This document shows positions 18,659 to 27,956 of a stretch of 64,000 nucleotides of DNA, piece after piece. The stretch is from a virus. Under the pieces are notes generated by a model. The model was not told the origin of the DNA and searched no databases. It saw only the letters and a program-made list of their open reading frames with translations. Both the position numbers and the translations under genes were made by a program. The stretch is from the UHGV virus genome UHGV-0213393; one strand, given 5' to 3'. Positions within the stretch are counted from its first letter, which is position 1, and each line of letters opens with the position of its first letter.

Positions 18659-19117
18659 ATGGTTTTGAAAAAGATAATTTTGATAGTAGTTGCGCTTTTA
18701 GCCATTTATGGAATTTACCGTACTACGGCGGCAGTTATCGATCACATCAGGTATATCCGTTCCCTGGAAGACTCAAAATCACAACTTGAAAGCGAGAACA
18801 ACACGCTTTCTACCGCATTGCAGTTAAGTGAAAAATCGCGATCTGCCATGATGGCTGAAAACGAAAGAATTAAAACACTGGAGAAGGAGTACCAGCGCAA
18901 AACAGCAGAACTGAATACCAGCCTGATCAAACAACGGGAGGAAAGCCAGAATGAAATCAATCGTCTTGAAACTGCGTTACGCAATGCCGGGGTTAATGAT
19001 GTGCGTGTGCCTGATGACGTTATCAGGATGCAGCGGGAACGGGCAAAAGAAATCAATCAGCGTGCCAATGCAAATTACCGTAGAAGCCACCAGCAAACCG
19101 CAGGGAAATCTGATTGA
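18659..19117 (+). CDS. i-spanin (Rz-like)
   Basis: N-terminal transmembrane helix followed by a charged coiled-coil periplasmic domain. Confidence 0.5.
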   Translation: MVLKKIILIVVALLAIYGIYRTTAAVIDHIRYIRSLEDSKSQLESENNTLSTALQLSEKSRSAMMAENERIKTLEKEYQRKTAELNTSLIKQREESQNEINRLETALRNAGVNDVRVPDDVIRMQRERAKEINQRANANYRRSHQQTAGKSD

Positions 19118-19331
19118 TTATACCCCTTGCATAGTGCCAGAGGACACGCCTGTGCTGTTAAACAAGTATCCGGCATACACTGAACAGTTATTCAGCACTA
19201 TCGATGAATGCAACCAACGAAACGCACTGAATAACCAAAGGAATAGGGAGATTTGGGAAGGGAAGGGGGTTAAGGCTCCTGAAGCCAGATGTCCTGGCTG
19301 TCAGCTTCTTCGAAACCGTGACAGACGTTAA
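18984..19331 (+). CDS. o-spanin (Rz1-like) lipoprotein, start embedded in the +1 frame of the i-spanin gene
   Basis: Lipobox LMTLSGC after MPGLMMCVC; Pro-rich mature part; overlapping-gene architecture. Confidence 0.45.
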   Translation: MPGLMMCVCLMTLSGCSGNGQKKSISVPMQITVEATSKPQGNLIDYTPCIVPEDTPVLLNKYPAYTEQLFSTIDECNQRNALNNQRNREIWEGKGVKAPEARCPGCQLLRNRDRR

Positions 19332-19752
19332 AGTCACTCAAGCGATACTGGCGCTGACGGCCTCTATTTCGCTCATGCCAATGCATATATCCACCAGCAA
19401 ATGCCAGCGGACAATCGCTATAGTCGATGTAGCCAATACCATTACCCAAACGCGCTTCGCGCGCCCCGGCTTTCCAGGACAGCAGAAAAGAGTCACGATC
19501 TGCCAGCATGACTACAAAATCATCCGGATCGCCTATGCAGTGAAGAATGCCTGCCTTGCATAACTGTTTGAGTGCCTTGGACTGACTCAGGATGTCTTCA
19601 CCGTAATACTGAAAACAATCATCAACAATAGCAGGATAGCCAGCGGGTGGATTCAGGCTGGTTGGTATAGCTGACGCGATAGCCAGCATTAAACGATATT
19701 GTGTTTTCGATGGGTTCGCGTGACTCATGTTTCCTCTACTCACTGTCTCCAT
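19270..19752 (-). CDS. hypothetical protein
   Basis: ORF only; start may be the internal MSHANPSK. Confidence 0.4.
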   Translation of the reverse strand: METVSRGNMSHANPSKTQYRLMLAIASAIPTSLNPPAGYPAIVDDCFQYYGEDILSQSKALKQLCKAGILHCIGDPDDFVVMLADRDSFLLSWKAGAREARLGNGIGYIDYSDCPLAFAGGYMHWHERNRGRQRQYRLSDFNVCHGFEEADSQDIWLQEP

Positions 19753-20132
19753 GCATTTTTCAGCTCCGGAATATCAGCCATTTCAACCAGCTTCCGAAGC
19801 CCCGCGCTGACCTTCCCATTACCAACCGCAGCAAGCCAATCCCTTACTGACTTCGGCATATAAAGAGTGGTCGTTACAGGATCTTCCACTCTTACAGGCG
19901 TGCCAATTTGAGGCCACTTAACAGATGCCAAAACGTCAGAAGGCGGGGTAAGCGCGGGAACATTAAGAATAGCCTTTCCTGAATGGAGAATCACGATTCG
20001 TTCAGCCAGGGAAAGAATGTCTCTTTCAGTAAGGATTGATGACAGTTGAGCTTCTACAAGGCATCTGCTGCTTGTATTCAGAGAATGGCTTTTAGCACCA
20101 TTTTTGTATGAAACGAAGATCTTGTACGCCAT
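19740..20132 (-). CDS. hypothetical protein with possible C-terminal DNA-binding helix
   Basis: ORF divergent from the capsid-candidate operon across a motif-bearing intergenic region. Confidence 0.4.
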   Translation of the reverse strand: MAYKIFVSYKNGAKSHSLNTSSRCLVEAQLSSILTERDILSLAERIVILHSGKAILNVPALTPPSDVLASVKWPQIGTPVRVEDPVTTTLYMPKSVRDWLAAVGNGKVSAGLRKLVEMADIPELKNAWRQ

Positions 20133-20291
20133 TTGTTCTAATGTTTTATGTTAGAAAATTAAGATTAAACCATACTAACACAAGATTGTTAACGAAAATT
20201 ATTTTTCTAATGCTATTGACTAAATAACAAAGTGAGTATTGTCACCTCGTCAAAAGAATCTTCACGCCGCGCCCGAATTTAGGGTTTAACC
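20132..20291. promoter_or_regulatory. divergent control region carrying operator-like TTCTAAT/ATGTTAGAAAAT motifs
   Basis: TTGTTCTAATGTTTTATGTTAGAAAATTAAG and ATTTTTCTAATGC; the same 16-mer TATGTTAGAAAATTAA recurs at about 52813. Confidence 0.4.
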
Positions 20292-21989
20292 GTGAACAAG
20301 AACATTGAGCCAGCTCGTAAGCGCGAGCGCGAGATTATGAATCGGGCGGCAAGCGTCATGGCTATGACCGTCGATCCAACCACTGATGCTGCCGGTAACA
20401 TGATTACCGACAACGAAGTGATGATGGCTAACCTGGAAAAAGCTATCCAGAAAGAGCCTATGTTTGAAGGCGTTGGACCAGAAGCAGCTCGCCAGATCAT
20501 TGGTAGCTGGGCCATGTCTATTCATGAATACAAACGCCAGCATGGGCATTATCCGGCAAGCGATGTATTAGCCAACGCCCATGTAGCACTTGAGCGCCTG
20601 ATGATGGAGTCCGCTAAAGAGACGCATGAAGGCGCTGGCAAAGCCATGTTTGAATCAGTAGCCAAGGACATGCGCACCTCCGATGGTGTAATGAAGGTTG
20701 CACAATATGCCGCACTGATCCTGCCTGCTTCTCTCGGCGCAGCCACCAGCGACGCATGTACGTTTATCCCTTGTGATCGTGATGAAACCAATATTTACGA
20801 GCTGACCAACGTTGCTGGTACAAAATTCGGTACATTCGAGCAGGGCGATGAGCTGAACATGCAATCTGCGGGCGTGTATTCGCAGATGAAACGCCTGTAC
20901 ATCCTGACCGAAAAAGGCGATGGCAGCAAAACCACCTTCCAGTTTGATATCCAGAACTTCGAAGGCCAGGCCTGCCCGCTGCGCCAGGGCTACAACAAAC
21001 TGCTGATTAACCGCAAACCGTCCAAAGTAGATGATGGTGACGGCAACCTGTATTTCAACGACAAAGACGTCAACGGCAACTCTTTCTCTGCTACAGCAAA
21101 AGTTAAATACGATACCGGCGTTATCGATATCACCTTTACTGAAGCACCAGCAGAAGGCACAGAAATCGCTGTTCAGGTTGAAATCAACATTGAACGCAAT
21201 CCTAGCCTGATCCCAGTCATTAACCAGTCCATGCGCAATTACGCCCTGCGCCCGTCGCAGTACGTGATCGCATCCGAACATACGGTTATGACAGCATCTG
21301 ACCTGAGCCGTGAACACGGACTCGAACTGGCAGCATTGCAATTCTCCGCAATGCGCAACTGGATTTCCCACGAAATCGATATGATGCGCCTGCGCACCCT
21401 GGTATTCCATACCGTTTACGGTCGTGAATTTGACGTGGCACTGCCGGAAGCGCAGAACTACGAATCGTGGGTTGGTTTAATTCGCCATGTAGTGAACGCG
21501 CTGTCACAGGATATGGCTGACCGCACCCTGACTACCGGTATCCGTGGTGGCTTTGCTGGTGGCGATGCTGCTAACTTCCTGCGTTCCTTACCGCCGCAGC
21601 ACTTCCAGTTGGCACCTGGCTATGTACAGTCGCCATACATTCAATACATCGGCACCCTGTTTGGTTCCATTCGTATCTACGAAGTGCCGAAGCCTATCTG
21701 CAAACAATTCCAGGAACATGGCTACGACTTTGGCCTGGACGACATCTACTTCTATGGTCGTGGCGAAGGCATTGGTAAAGCTGGCCTGGTCGCTGGTGAT
21801 GCTGTGCCTGCTATTCCGTACGTCCACGAAACAAATCCAGCCCTGGTAAACCGCACCACTCTTTGGGGTACAGCAATCAACGATGTGCATCCGCGCAACG
21901 GTGAGAACTATTTCACTCGCCTTCGTCTGACACGTTCGAAAGAAGGTGCGATTGACATGTTGAGCGGGCAAATCAACGAAAAAAAGTAG
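20292..21989 (+). CDS. large virion structural protein (major capsid protein candidate)
   Basis: 565 aa, first gene of the structural operon; ends ...NEKK with an A_AAA_AAG heptamer at the stop; no signature motif. Confidence 0.4.
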   Translation: MNKNIEPARKREREIMNRAASVMAMTVDPTTDAAGNMITDNEVMMANLEKAIQKEPMFEGVGPEAARQIIGSWAMSIHEYKRQHGHYPASDVLANAHVALERLMMESAKETHEGAGKAMFESVAKDMRTSDGVMKVAQYAALILPASLGAATSDACTFIPCDRDETNIYELTNVAGTKFGTFEQGDELNMQSAGVYSQMKRLYILTEKGDGSKTTFQFDIQNFEGQACPLRQGYNKLLINRKPSKVDDGDGNLYFNDKDVNGNSFSATAKVKYDTGVIDITFTEAPAEGTEIAVQVEINIERNPSLIPVINQSMRNYALRPSQYVIASEHTVMTASDLSREHGLELAALQFSAMRNWISHEIDMMRLRTLVFHTVYGREFDVALPEAQNYESWVGLIRHVVNALSQDMADRTLTTGIRGGFAGGDAANFLRSLPPQHFQLAPGYVQSPYIQYIGTLFGSIRIYEVPKPICKQFQEHGYDFGLDDIYFYGRGEGIGKAGLVAGDAVPAIPYVHETNPALVNRTTLWGTAINDVHPRNGENYFTRLRLTRSKEGAIDMLSGQINEKK

Positions 21990-22130
21990 CAGTGGCGAAC
22001 GTGTCAGTTTCACCAACATCAATTGAAGTAAACGAAGGTGAAACTATCGCCGCGAGCACTTCAAAGACACGAAAAACACCCAAAAAGAAGTAAGACCAGC
22101 CCCTGAATAAGGGGCTATATGGAGGAAAAA

Positions 22131-22409
22131 ATGGCTGATATTCAGGTAACTATTACACCTTCCGATGCGACAGATAAATCTTTCACTATCGAGTCAGATC
22201 ATCCGGAAATTGTGAGCGTAGATGGCAAAACCTGTACCGCACTTAAAGCAGGTCAGGCAGTGCTCACTATCAAAACCACCGATGGCAATAAAACGGCAAC
22301 ATGCACCGTAACGGTTAATGAAGCCCCAAAGAGCGTCAGCGCCGTCAGCGTTGAACCGTCAACCAAAGAAGTGACGGTAGGTGACAGCTTCACGGTCGGC
22401 GAAGCCTGA
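22131..22409 (+). CDS. Ig-like (Big_2-type) domain protein, partial domain
   Basis: ITPSDATDKSFTIESDHPEIVSVDGKTCTALKAGQAVLTIKTTDGNKTATCTVTV fits the C-terminal two-thirds of a Big_2 domain; same frame as the upstream 565-aa gene. Confidence 0.55.
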   Translation: MADIQVTITPSDATDKSFTIESDHPEIVSVDGKTCTALKAGQAVLTIKTTDGNKTATCTVTVNEAPKSVSAVSVEPSTKEVTVGDSFTVGEA

Positions 22410-22474
22410 TAAAAGTCTCCCCATGCAAATGGGGAGGCTTCTCTAATCCGCTCGATAAAGAGGAAAAGAGCAGC

Positions 22475-24130
22475 ATGAATAAAATTGGTTTTTCTGTTGG
22501 TCAGGCGGCGGGCGTTGCGGTAGCGGACGTAAATGCCGATGCTACCCTGTCCAACACATCTGGCGGTGCTTCCGTCTTTGCCGGGTTGGTTATTTCCCGC
22601 AGAGGAGCACCAGGCAAGGTTTTGCAGGTTACAGCAGCCAACTATCAGAGCGTGTTAGGTTCACCTCTTCACCCGCGCACCGGGGCCGCATTTGAACCAT
22701 ATCGCCACGTTGAACGCGCAGTAAAAGGCGGCACCGGTTATGTGGTTCGCGTATGCGCAAAAGACATGAAAGTACCGGGCATTGCCGTTTCTGTTCAGGC
22801 CAGGTCGAAAAGCACCAAGTCTGCAAAAACTCTGCAAATTGCTCCGACCGAAGCAACGGTAAATATCGGCGATACACTGACCGTTCGTGCCGTTTCTGGA
22901 GTCACTTCTCCGGTAACTTTCGCTGCAAGCGAAACACCTGAAATTTCCGGCAGTGAACTGGCTATTTTCTACATAAAGGACGGTGATGCTTCGACAAACC
23001 GCACGTTATCACTGACCCGTGAGGACGAAGAAAATGACCTGTTCACTCTGGAACTGAAAGAGACACAGACCGATGGTTCTGTAGAAACGCTGGAAAGCTA
23101 CCAGGTTTCTTTCGATCCGGATGCAACGAACGATATGGGCCAGCCAGCATGGATTCCTGCGTTGTTAGAAAGTCAGTCCACCAGGCTTGGAGCTGTACTG
23201 GCTGATGGTGCCGAAGACTCCGCTCACTTGCTGACTTTCGAAGATGTAGCGTTTGAAGGCGGTACAGATGGCGATCTGTCCTCAATTGACACTGATGATT
23301 ATCTGAAAGCGTTAGAGGTTCTCGAAGCGTCAGAAGTTAATTATACCGCGCTGCTTTCTATGGGCTGCTACGACGCATCCGTGCTGGCAAAAATTAATTC
23401 GCTGGCAGAAGACGTTCGCGTGGATATGTTCTACGACCTGAAATGTGCTCAGACTGGTGATAACGCTATCGCGGAAGCTAAATCACATGGTTTCGGCAAA
23501 TCCCACCAGGCTGCACGTTATCACTTCCCGTACTCATGCCGTGACACTTTCAGCGGTATGAATGTGGTTTACGGAATCAGTTGCGACGCATTTGTGGCAA
23601 AAGCTAAAGGCGTTGCGCTTGTGTCTGATGTAGGCGGCTGGCATTACGCCCCGGCTGGTCTGTCTCGCGCAATCATTGATCGCCAGAACATCACCAGACT
23701 CTCCGGGATTGGCACAATCGATCGTGAAGCGTATGTGACCGCTCGTATTAACCCTGTAAGCGTTGCAGCGGATGGTTCTGTCTACATCGACGACTCCCTG
23801 ACGACATACAGCAAAAATAACTATCTGCGATTCCAGCACGTTTCATCACTGATGAATGCAATTGCCCGCAATTTCTATGAAGTTGCTCAGGCAATCAAGC
23901 ATGAACCTGATGGCGTAACGCAGGAAAGTCTGACTAACGCACTGACAGATCTTCTGGACCGTTTTTATGCGGCTGGTGCGCTGGTTACACCACGCGATGA
24001 ATCTCAAGGTTCTGCCCCTTATGTGGTCAAGGTAACTCAAAAAGACATCGACTTGTGGGAAGTGGAATGGTCCGTGTGTCCAACAGGCACTGCTCGTCGA
24101 ATCCTCGGCAAACCAATCCTGATGCGTTGA
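22475..24130 (+). CDS. putative tail sheath protein
   Basis: 551 aa between capsid candidate and tube candidate, upstream of a myovirus baseplate cluster; no signature motif. Confidence 0.5.
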   Translation: MNKIGFSVGQAAGVAVADVNADATLSNTSGGASVFAGLVISRRGAPGKVLQVTAANYQSVLGSPLHPRTGAAFEPYRHVERAVKGGTGYVVRVCAKDMKVPGIAVSVQARSKSTKSAKTLQIAPTEATVNIGDTLTVRAVSGVTSPVTFAASETPEISGSELAIFYIKDGDASTNRTLSLTREDEENDLFTLELKETQTDGSVETLESYQVSFDPDATNDMGQPAWIPALLESQSTRLGAVLADGAEDSAHLLTFEDVAFEGGTDGDLSSIDTDDYLKALEVLEASEVNYTALLSMGCYDASVLAKINSLAEDVRVDMFYDLKCAQTGDNAIAEAKSHGFGKSHQAARYHFPYSCRDTFSGMNVVYGISCDAFVAKAKGVALVSDVGGWHYAPAGLSRAIIDRQNITRLSGIGTIDREAYVTARINPVSVAADGSVYIDDSLTTYSKNNYLRFQHVSSLMNAIARNFYEVAQAIKHEPDGVTQESLTNALTDLLDRFYAAGALVTPRDESQGSAPYVVKVTQKDIDLWEVEWSVCPTGTARRILGKPILMR

Positions 24131-24173
24131 TTTATCTTCCCCGCTGAAACGCGGGGATGAATGAGGTTTCCTA

Positions 24174-24914
24174 ATGAAAAACTATTCTGTTGTTGATCCA
24201 TTCATGCGCGCGCTATTTGCAGGCAAAACAGCCGGTAACGCAGATACAGCCATACTGGAAAGCGCCAAAGATTCTGGTTGTTTTGAAAGTGGCGATAACG
24301 CCATCCTGGAAAGTGCCAAGAATGGAACCGATGGCGCGGATATCGAAGCCGCAATGATGGAAGCGGTGGAATCCCGTGCACAAAGTGACATCCGCAGTCT
24401 GGCAGCTTCAATGCTGGCGAGCTGGGTAGAAGATGGCGACCCTGAAGCGGATTCATTTGATGCGCTGGCAATCACAATGGCTGGCCTGGCCGACATTGAC
24501 GAAGACACGGAACTGACCGACGAACAGGTTGACGCATATAACGACGCACTCGCGGCGTTGGCTAACGCGGCTGTGGCCCTGGGCGCTGATCAGGACGACG
24601 TCACCGAGATGATCGATGACGAAGATGACGCGGCAGCAGAACGCGTATTTGACGCACTGTCAGAAAGCGATAGTGAAATGATGGAAGAAGCCATTGCGAT
24701 TTACACCGTTGCTGGTGGCAATGCCGCAATGCTCGAAGCTGTCAGCAAAAAAGTCGTTCGTGATGGCAAGGTTACTATCATCCGCAAACGCCCGCGTCGC
24801 ATGACGTCCTTACAAAAGCAGGCGCTGAAAAAAGCTCGCCGTAAGGCACATACGTCGATAGCTAACACTCGCCGCCGTAAGTCTATCCGCATTCGCAAAA
24901 AACGCGGTCTGTAA
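24174..24914 (+). CDS. acidic protein with strongly basic C-terminal tail
   Basis: Asp/Glu/Ala-rich body, C-terminal RKRPRR...RRRKSIRIRKKRGL. Confidence 0.45.
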   Translation: MKNYSVVDPFMRALFAGKTAGNADTAILESAKDSGCFESGDNAILESAKNGTDGADIEAAMMEAVESRAQSDIRSLAASMLASWVEDGDPEADSFDALAITMAGLADIDEDTELTDEQVDAYNDALAALANAAVALGADQDDVTEMIDDEDDAAAERVFDALSESDSEMMEEAIAIYTVAGGNAAMLEAVSKKVVRDGKVTIIRKRPRRMTSLQKQALKKARRKAHTSIANTRRRKSIRIRKKRGL

Positions 24915-24932
24915 TGATGTAAGCCACCTGTA

Positions 24933-25550
24933 ATGGTGGCCTGTTTGGGAGAAATAGCAGTGATTTGCGGCGCTAACGTTGCGGACGGAATCAGTCCGCT
25001 AATGAAAGCATACATCATATCAAGCGAGGATATGGTCATCGGATATATCGGAGAAGGTTCCTCTGCCGAATTAACGTCTCTGTGGCAGTCGCCGTTCGAA
25101 GATAAGGCAATGGGCAGTGTGTTAGGCGCTATCAGCGAGGCGACGTCAGCTCTTACTGGCGTGGCACAGGTGATAAGCGGGCGCACAACCAAAAGCCGCC
25201 TCAACTCCACCCTTGTGTGGGAAGGGCAGCAGCCGCCGGAGTTTACCCTGGTGCTGGATTTTTTAGCGATGTCCAACGCAAAAACTGAGGTAAACGACGC
25301 CATAACGACGTTGCTGAAAATGGCATCGCCAGAACTAAACGACGTTGCTCTTTTTGGTCGAATCCCGGAAGCCGTAACGATAAATATCGGCAGAAACGTG
25401 ATGTTAACGAACGTTGTGATCAAAAGCGTGAGCTATCAGCTTGACGCCCCACGCACATCGGAAGGCTATTTCACCCACAACACGGTCACTCTGCAATGCA
25501 GTGGTAACACATCTATTAACCGCAGCAATATCTCATCTGTTTTTGTTTAG
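24933..25550 (+). CDS. hypothetical tail protein
   Basis: ORF in the structural operon; start uncertain. Confidence 0.4.
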   Translation: MVACLGEIAVICGANVADGISPLMKAYIISSEDMVIGYIGEGSSAELTSLWQSPFEDKAMGSVLGAISEATSALTGVAQVISGRTTKSRLNSTLVWEGQQPPEFTLVLDFLAMSNAKTEVNDAITTLLKMASPELNDVALFGRIPEAVTINIGRNVMLTNVVIKSVSYQLDAPRTSEGYFTHNTVTLQCSGNTSINRSNISSVFV

Positions 25551-25558
25551 GAGTAATT

Positions 25559-26050
25559 ATGGCCGGTTTTTCAAACACAAAAGCCGATCTCGCCTTCCTG
25601 AAATCCAGATTCAACAAGAACCTGGCAGCAGGCGAAAAATTAATAGGCACTGAATACTGGATGACCATTAAGGGATACGAAAATCTGTCAGTGCTGATCC
25701 GCACTGCGCAGTTACCGGAAATGACGCGTGAAGACGTAGAAGATTACGCTCCAGGCGGTATGAAGTTCAACCAACACGGCCCGCTGCGTAACTCAGGTGA
25801 ATTTCAGGTTACCTGTGCGGAGACGATTGAAGGTGTTGTACTCGCTGCCGTCAAAGAGATGGTTTATGAGAAGAAATATCTGGATATCTCTTTCCAGGCT
25901 GCCGCTGAATCTAACAGCGGTGACAGCAAAGGTCTGTCACGTACTTACTCACACTGCAAAGTGTATTCCGATGCCGTTGATTTCTCATCAGAAGATGTAA
26001 CGGCGGTTGTCAGACCGACCCTGCGTATTGTGTACAACTGGGTTGAGTAA
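25559..26050 (+). CDS. putative tail tube protein
   Basis: 163 aa directly after the sheath region; size and position typical of a contractile-tail tube. Confidence 0.4.
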   Translation: MAGFSNTKADLAFLKSRFNKNLAAGEKLIGTEYWMTIKGYENLSVLIRTAQLPEMTREDVEDYAPGGMKFNQHGPLRNSGEFQVTCAETIEGVVLAAVKEMVYEKKYLDISFQAAAESNSGDSKGLSRTYSHCKVYSDAVDFSSEDVTAVVRPTLRIVYNWVE

Positions 26051-26101
26051 TACCGATCCCGCTCAAAAGAGCGGGGTTATCCCCTTCCGTCCGGAGCATC
26101 T

Positions 26102-26653
26102 ATGACACCTTCTGAACTATTAGAAAGCGTTAAAGCGCGATTCAATCCTCTTCTTGTACGGGAAGAGGAGACACTGAAAGCATTCCTGATCAAAGCATTG
26201 ACTACTTACCAGGACAGAGCGGGAGTAGTGAAGGCATTAAAGCTGGAGAAAGCAGACGGTACGGCGATCCCTGTTCCGGATGATTATCTGTCTCTGATCC
26301 ACGTCACTGACCACAACGGACTTCTGGTTTACGCCGACGAGATTGCCGGTTTTGTCGAACTTGAGCTTACCGGTTCTGAACGCTGGCCTTTCAAGATGCA
26401 ATACCTTGTAAATCTCCGCGATCGCAACCTGGATGAGTGGCAAGTTCCACCTGCGATTATCGGAATGCTTGAGGAATATCTTGAAGCACTTATCAATGTC
26501 CGCAACGTTGCCCGCCAGCGAAGGGCGTCAATTGATGGCAAGTTTGATTACTCCGATCTTCCTGATGAGGCGACGCTCTACGCGCGTGTTCAGGAGATAG
26601 AAGAAAAAATGGCAGCCAACCGGGCCATTATCCCTGGTGCTACCATTTTTTAA
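26102..26653 (+). CDS. hypothetical tail protein
   Basis: ORF in the structural operon. Confidence 0.45.
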   Translation: MTPSELLESVKARFNPLLVREEETLKAFLIKALTTYQDRAGVVKALKLEKADGTAIPVPDDYLSLIHVTDHNGLLVYADEIAGFVELELTGSERWPFKMQYLVNLRDRNLDEWQVPPAIIGMLEEYLEALINVRNVARQRRASIDGKFDYSDLPDEATLYARVQEIEEKMAANRAIIPGATIF

Positions 26654-26666
26654 CACGGAGGGCTAC

Positions 26667-27374
26667 GTGAGTATTTTTAGTGCTGCAACGCAAACGCTAG
26701 CCAGTGCGGTATCGTTTAGCGCGAAATCGTTCACCAGCAACCTTATCAGCGACATTCTGGATAGAGCGGTGTCTGGCAGTGGCGTTAGTGGGAGCTATGG
26801 CAATGACATCGCTTACGGAAAGAACGTAGTTGCTACGGCTATGCGTATCCGCTATGCCCAGGGCTGGCAGTGGACGGTAGATGTAGACGGATTAAGCGGC
26901 TTTGATATGTTCGTTAAGGACATAACTTACAGTAGCGGGAATATTGAAACAGAAAGCAAAATCATTGGTAGCGTCGAGTTCAATAAGCCAACGCACGTAA
27001 CCGCCGGACCGGTAACAATGACGGTCAGAGACACAGAAGACGGCAAAATAATGAATTGGTTCAAGGAGCGCCGCGCCCGTGTAACCAATAGCGATGGTAC
27101 GCTAAACCTGCCGCCAGATTATCTCATGAATATCAGGCTATACCGCGTTACACAGGAAGGCGGGAAAGAGCTGGAAGAGGAAATGCGTGTATTTCCTACT
27201 CAGATAGGAGAGATCAGCCGCTCACGTGATCAGGTGTCCGAATTCTTGTCCTATCCGATCACGTTCCAGCGATACACATCTGCTGGTTCCGGCCTGTCCG
27301 CATTAGTCAATGGAGCTGCTGGTTTAGCAACAAGCGCACTTAAAAGCGCCGCCAGCAACGTGATCAAGTTTTGA
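26667..27374 (+). CDS. hypothetical tail protein
   Basis: GTG start after GGAGGG RBS; overlaps upstream gene end. Confidence 0.4.
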   Translation: MSIFSAATQTLASAVSFSAKSFTSNLISDILDRAVSGSGVSGSYGNDIAYGKNVVATAMRIRYAQGWQWTVDVDGLSGFDMFVKDITYSSGNIETESKIIGSVEFNKPTHVTAGPVTMTVRDTEDGKIMNWFKERRARVTNSDGTLNLPPDYLMNIRLYRVTQEGGKELEEEMRVFPTQIGEISRSRDQVSEFLSYPITFQRYTSAGSGLSALVNGAAGLATSALKSAASNVIKF

Positions 27375-27725
27375 AATGCAATATTAAAGTGCGAGAAGGT
27401 GGGGAAGGGGCAAACTTGAGGGCAATTTCTACACCTGCTGTTTACGTCAATGATGGCATTTTTTACACATCACAACAAAATCAATGAGTTACATTCAAAA
27501 AACACTTAACAGGTGTGCTATAAAAATAGCTATAACATACGATGCTATCTGAGGGTGATTTTTACACATTACTTATTAATCAATAAATTACAAATGATGT
27601 TAGCCGTTAAAGCTCCAACCAACTCACTAATGGTGTAAGAATTGCCCTCAATCTCCCATCTTTAAGGGCAAATCCTACACCTACAGAGAGGTGTAGAAAT
27701 TGCCCTTAAGACTGCTGATGGAGAA

Positions 27726-27956
27726 ATGTTGACTATAGTCGAAATGGCTTACAACTAATGTTGACTGTACTCGATACCGATCACAAAACATTGACTACAC
27801 ACGACAAGAAATGAGGAAAGATTGACTATAAGCGACAAATACTCAATGAAATAGCTGGTTTATCCATTGATCATGTGAAAAAGTTAATAACTAAATCCGC
27901 CAGCATCAATGTTTGTCGCGTATAGTCAACGCTTGGAATCGCACACAGTCAATGTT
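27726..27956. repeat. incA-like iteron array downstream of repA (about six copies, both orientations)
   Basis: Units of the TGTTGACTATAGTCG type, same core as the upstream iterons. Confidence 0.55.

Noticed and set aside
20655-21410. 251-aa minus-strand ORF inside the capsid-candidate gene, and similar antisense ORFs elsewhere (for example 24701-25423, 56923-57492, 59215-59901)
   Set aside because: Fully embedded antisense to long, well-supported coding frames, with low-complexity or Cys/Arg-rich translations; treated as spurious.
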